Below are positions 61,780-64,000 of a DNA stretch of 64,000 nucleotides, piece by piece. The notes below the pieces were generated by a model. It did no database searches. It saw nothing but the letters and a program-made list of their open reading frames with translations, and was not told where the DNA came from. How positions within the stretch are numbered: the stretch's first letter is position 1; every line of letters starts with the position of its first letter. Made by a program: the position numbers and the translations under genes. Source of the stretch: an uncultured delta proteobacterium (GTDB lineage: Bacteria > Myxococcota > Kuafuiibacteriia > Kuafuiibacteriales > Kuafuiibacteriaceae); NCBI GenBank assembly GCA_963803435.1, contig CAWDML010000001.1, forward strand, positions 2,240,001-2,304,000, read 5' to 3'.

Positions 61780-63361
61780 TCAGGATCTCAGCTTGGATCC
61801 AATGCGCTTTGCCATCGGATGATCGCGATCGCTCACCGTCTCGAGGAGCGCGCGCGCGGCTGTGTGCTCGTTCTCTTCCGAGAGGCAGAACGCGTAGGCG
61901 AGCTTCACGCGCTCGTCCTCGGGGCGACGCTGGCGCTCCGCGACCAGCATGGTGGCGATCCCCAGCGGATCGGCGGCCCCCGGCTCCGACAGATACTTGG
62001 CCAGATCGATCAGGAGCGGGACATCGCCGCGCAGCGGATCGAGTCGCCTCGCCCACTCCAGGAGCGCGCGGCCCTCGCCGAGGTGGCCCTCGCCGAGCAC
62101 ACGAAAGCCTCGATCGACCTTCGGCTCCGCCTCGAGCGCCTCGCGCTCGCGGACGGCATTCGTCGACTTCTCCGCCCAGTCGACCAGCGCTCGGTATCGC
62201 CGTGCACACTCGACGTCGGAGAGGCACGCGAAGGCCTCGTGATATAGGCCCTTGAGCGCGCGGCTGGCAGCGTCATCACTGTCGCCGCCGTCGGGCCGTC
62301 GCACCAGGAACCGATAGGCGCGTTCGACCTGTGCGAGAATCGGTGTTCGGGGCGACCCGGAGGATCTGGTAGTAGTTCTTGCCATCGTAGTTGGCGAAGC
62401 GCGCCTTCACCGACTCGTACTCCAGCAGCGCCGGGGCCGGCGCCGGCGCGGGCGGGGTGTCCTTGCCCGGCTTGGCCTTCGCTCCCGACTTGTAGTGGAT
62501 GACCAGGCCCGAGGTCTCGTCCGCCGCCGACTCGTCGAGCGGCATCCGCTGTGGGTTCGCCGGGGCCGCGCCCGCGCTGCGGGTCCGCGGATCGCTCTTG
62601 GGCTTGGCGGGGGCCGCCTTGTCGCGAACCTCGAGCATGCCGGCGAGCACGAGCGTCGCGAGGGCCGCCGACGCCGTGCGCGGGTCGAGACCGAGCTCCA
62701 GCAGGTCGGCGAGGGTGTGCGGCTCCTCCTCGAGACGCCCGAGCGCTCGATCGACGTCCGGGCCCCACTCGAACGGATCGACGCCCCGCGGGAAAGTGGG
62801 AGCGAGCACGAAGCTCCTGCCGGTGTAGTCCTCGAGGATGCGCTCCAGCAGCGCCCGATCCTGGGTCGCACAGAGGCCCTCGTATACGATCGGCAGCGGC
62901 TGCAGGATCGTGAGTCGGACCTGCTCGGGACAATCGATGCCCTCATGGAAGGTGAAGTCGACCGTACCGACGTCGAACAGCCGCACCAGCTGAGCGCGCG
63001 CGCGCCGGGCCTCGAGCTCCCGCGCGCGCCCGGGCGGCAGCACCTCGCGCTCTTCGAGGATCACGCTCTCGCTCACGTCCATGCCCTCGGCGATCCGCAG
63101 CAGCTCGAGGCCTGCCGCCTCCGACACCTGCCCGGTTTCGATCAGCATGTGCATCATCGAGACCCGGGCATCGGCGAGATCGACCGCGATCGGGACGCCA
63201 TCGCGGAAGTAGATCCGGTTGCGAGGCTCCGGATGGAGCGTGATGTCGAGCCGCCCGCTGAGGTTGCCGCGCAGGATGCCCAACAGGAGATCCGGCAGCG
63301 GATACTCGGCGAACGTCGCGGAGAGGGAGCCGCCGGGACGGATGCTCTCGATCTTCGGCAC
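61780..63361 (-). CDS. DUF4388-like + degenerate DnaJ + TPR-like protein (frameshift at ~62339)
   Basis: GSL..YPLPDLL...SGRL...IYFRDG N-terminus; NYYQILRV...AQVERAYRFL joined by removing one base in GAATC (62337-62341). Confidence 0.75.
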
Positions 63362-63386
63362 GGGGCTCAACGATAGAAGCTGGCGC

Positions 63387-64000
63387 TCAGCGGAGCAATG
63401 CGTGACCCGAGCCGAGCGCACGCGCAAAGCCCCGCATCGCCGCCCCCAGCGGGCGAGAGAGGATCGGCGCCGGAGCCTGCGGAGAGGCCGAGTCGAATGG
63501 CGACAGCCAGGACTCGGGGGCGCCGCGATGGAGCACGCCCTCGAGCGAAAAGAGCGCGAGGTCGTCCACACCGGCAGCGCGGGCGGCGGCCACGTCGAGG
63601 ACCAGCTCCGCCGGAGAGGCGAACGCCGGCTCGTCTCCGAGCTTTCCAGTGGTCACCAGACCGACCGAGAGGCTGGCCCGCGCGGGCCCCACGCTCTGGA
63701 CCAACATCCTCCCCGTCTCGAACAGAAGCGCCCGGGCCGAGGACTCGCTCGAGAGCGGCACCATCCGGCGCAACAACGTCGTGTACATCATCGGGGACAC
63801 CACCGACCATCCGGGCGCGCTCACCGGCGTCCGAAAGACGCCCTGCCAGAGGTCGTCGCGCGCAAACAGATCGAGCACCACCGGAGGGAGAACGGCGGCG
63901 ATGGTCTCGAGCCCCCGGACGCGCAGGTCCCGCGCGACGCGGGTCAGGATCTCGATGGAACGATGGCGCGCTCCGTCGCGCAATGCCAGCTCGGCGAAGC
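63387..64000 (-). CDS. Hypothetical protein, 3' part (continues beyond the window); possible TIM-barrel hydrolase fold
   Basis: Open frame to the window edge; VSPMMYT...LDVAAARAAGVDDLALFSLEG. Confidence 0.6.
   Translation of the reverse strand, partial: FAELALRDGARHRSIEILTRVARDLRVRGLETIAAVLPPVVLDLFARDDLWQGVFRTPVSAPGWSVVSPMMYTTLLRRMVPLSSESSARALLFETGRMLVQSVGPARASLSVGLVTTGKLGDEPAFASPAELVLDVAAARAAGVDDLALFSLEGVLHRGAPESWLSPFDSASPQAPAPILSRPLGAAMRGFARALGSGHALLR

Overview
High-GC bacterial DNA, most likely from an uncultured member of Myxococcota: it carries a MYXO-CTERM-type sorting signal, an MglA-family GTPase, a Tgl/PilF-like TPR lipoprotein, a PilT paralog, PEGA, DUF4388-like/DnaJ and FHA proteins, and several Ser/Thr kinases. 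About 45 genes; no rRNA, tRNA or CRISPR array seen. Three things stand out. (1) A five-gene minus-strand operon (28376-37375) encodes 18-, 15- and 6-heme c-type cytochromes around an outer-membrane beta-barrel, resembling a porin-cytochrome conduit. (2) A three-gene minus-strand operon (47024-53715) couples a 9-heme cytochrome, a cNMP-binding/4x[4Fe-4S]/di-heme-b membrane protein and an FHA/7-heme/ferredoxin/NADPH-flavin fusion, next to a divergent Ser/Thr kinase; this may be a signal-gated trans-envelope electron wire. (3) Three copies of one IS1182-like element carry a divergent four-helix-bundle (Avd/23S-IVP-like) passenger gene, hairpin ends and inverted CCCGGT arrays; each sits at or beside a TAG stop codon and has a different set of short-homology deletions. 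An unrelated hexamer-flanked four-helix-bundle remnant lies beside copy 1. Five single-base frameshifts in otherwise intact genes fall in or beside GATC, probably methylation-linked long-read errors. All family assignments come from reading motifs by eye; no database search was run.
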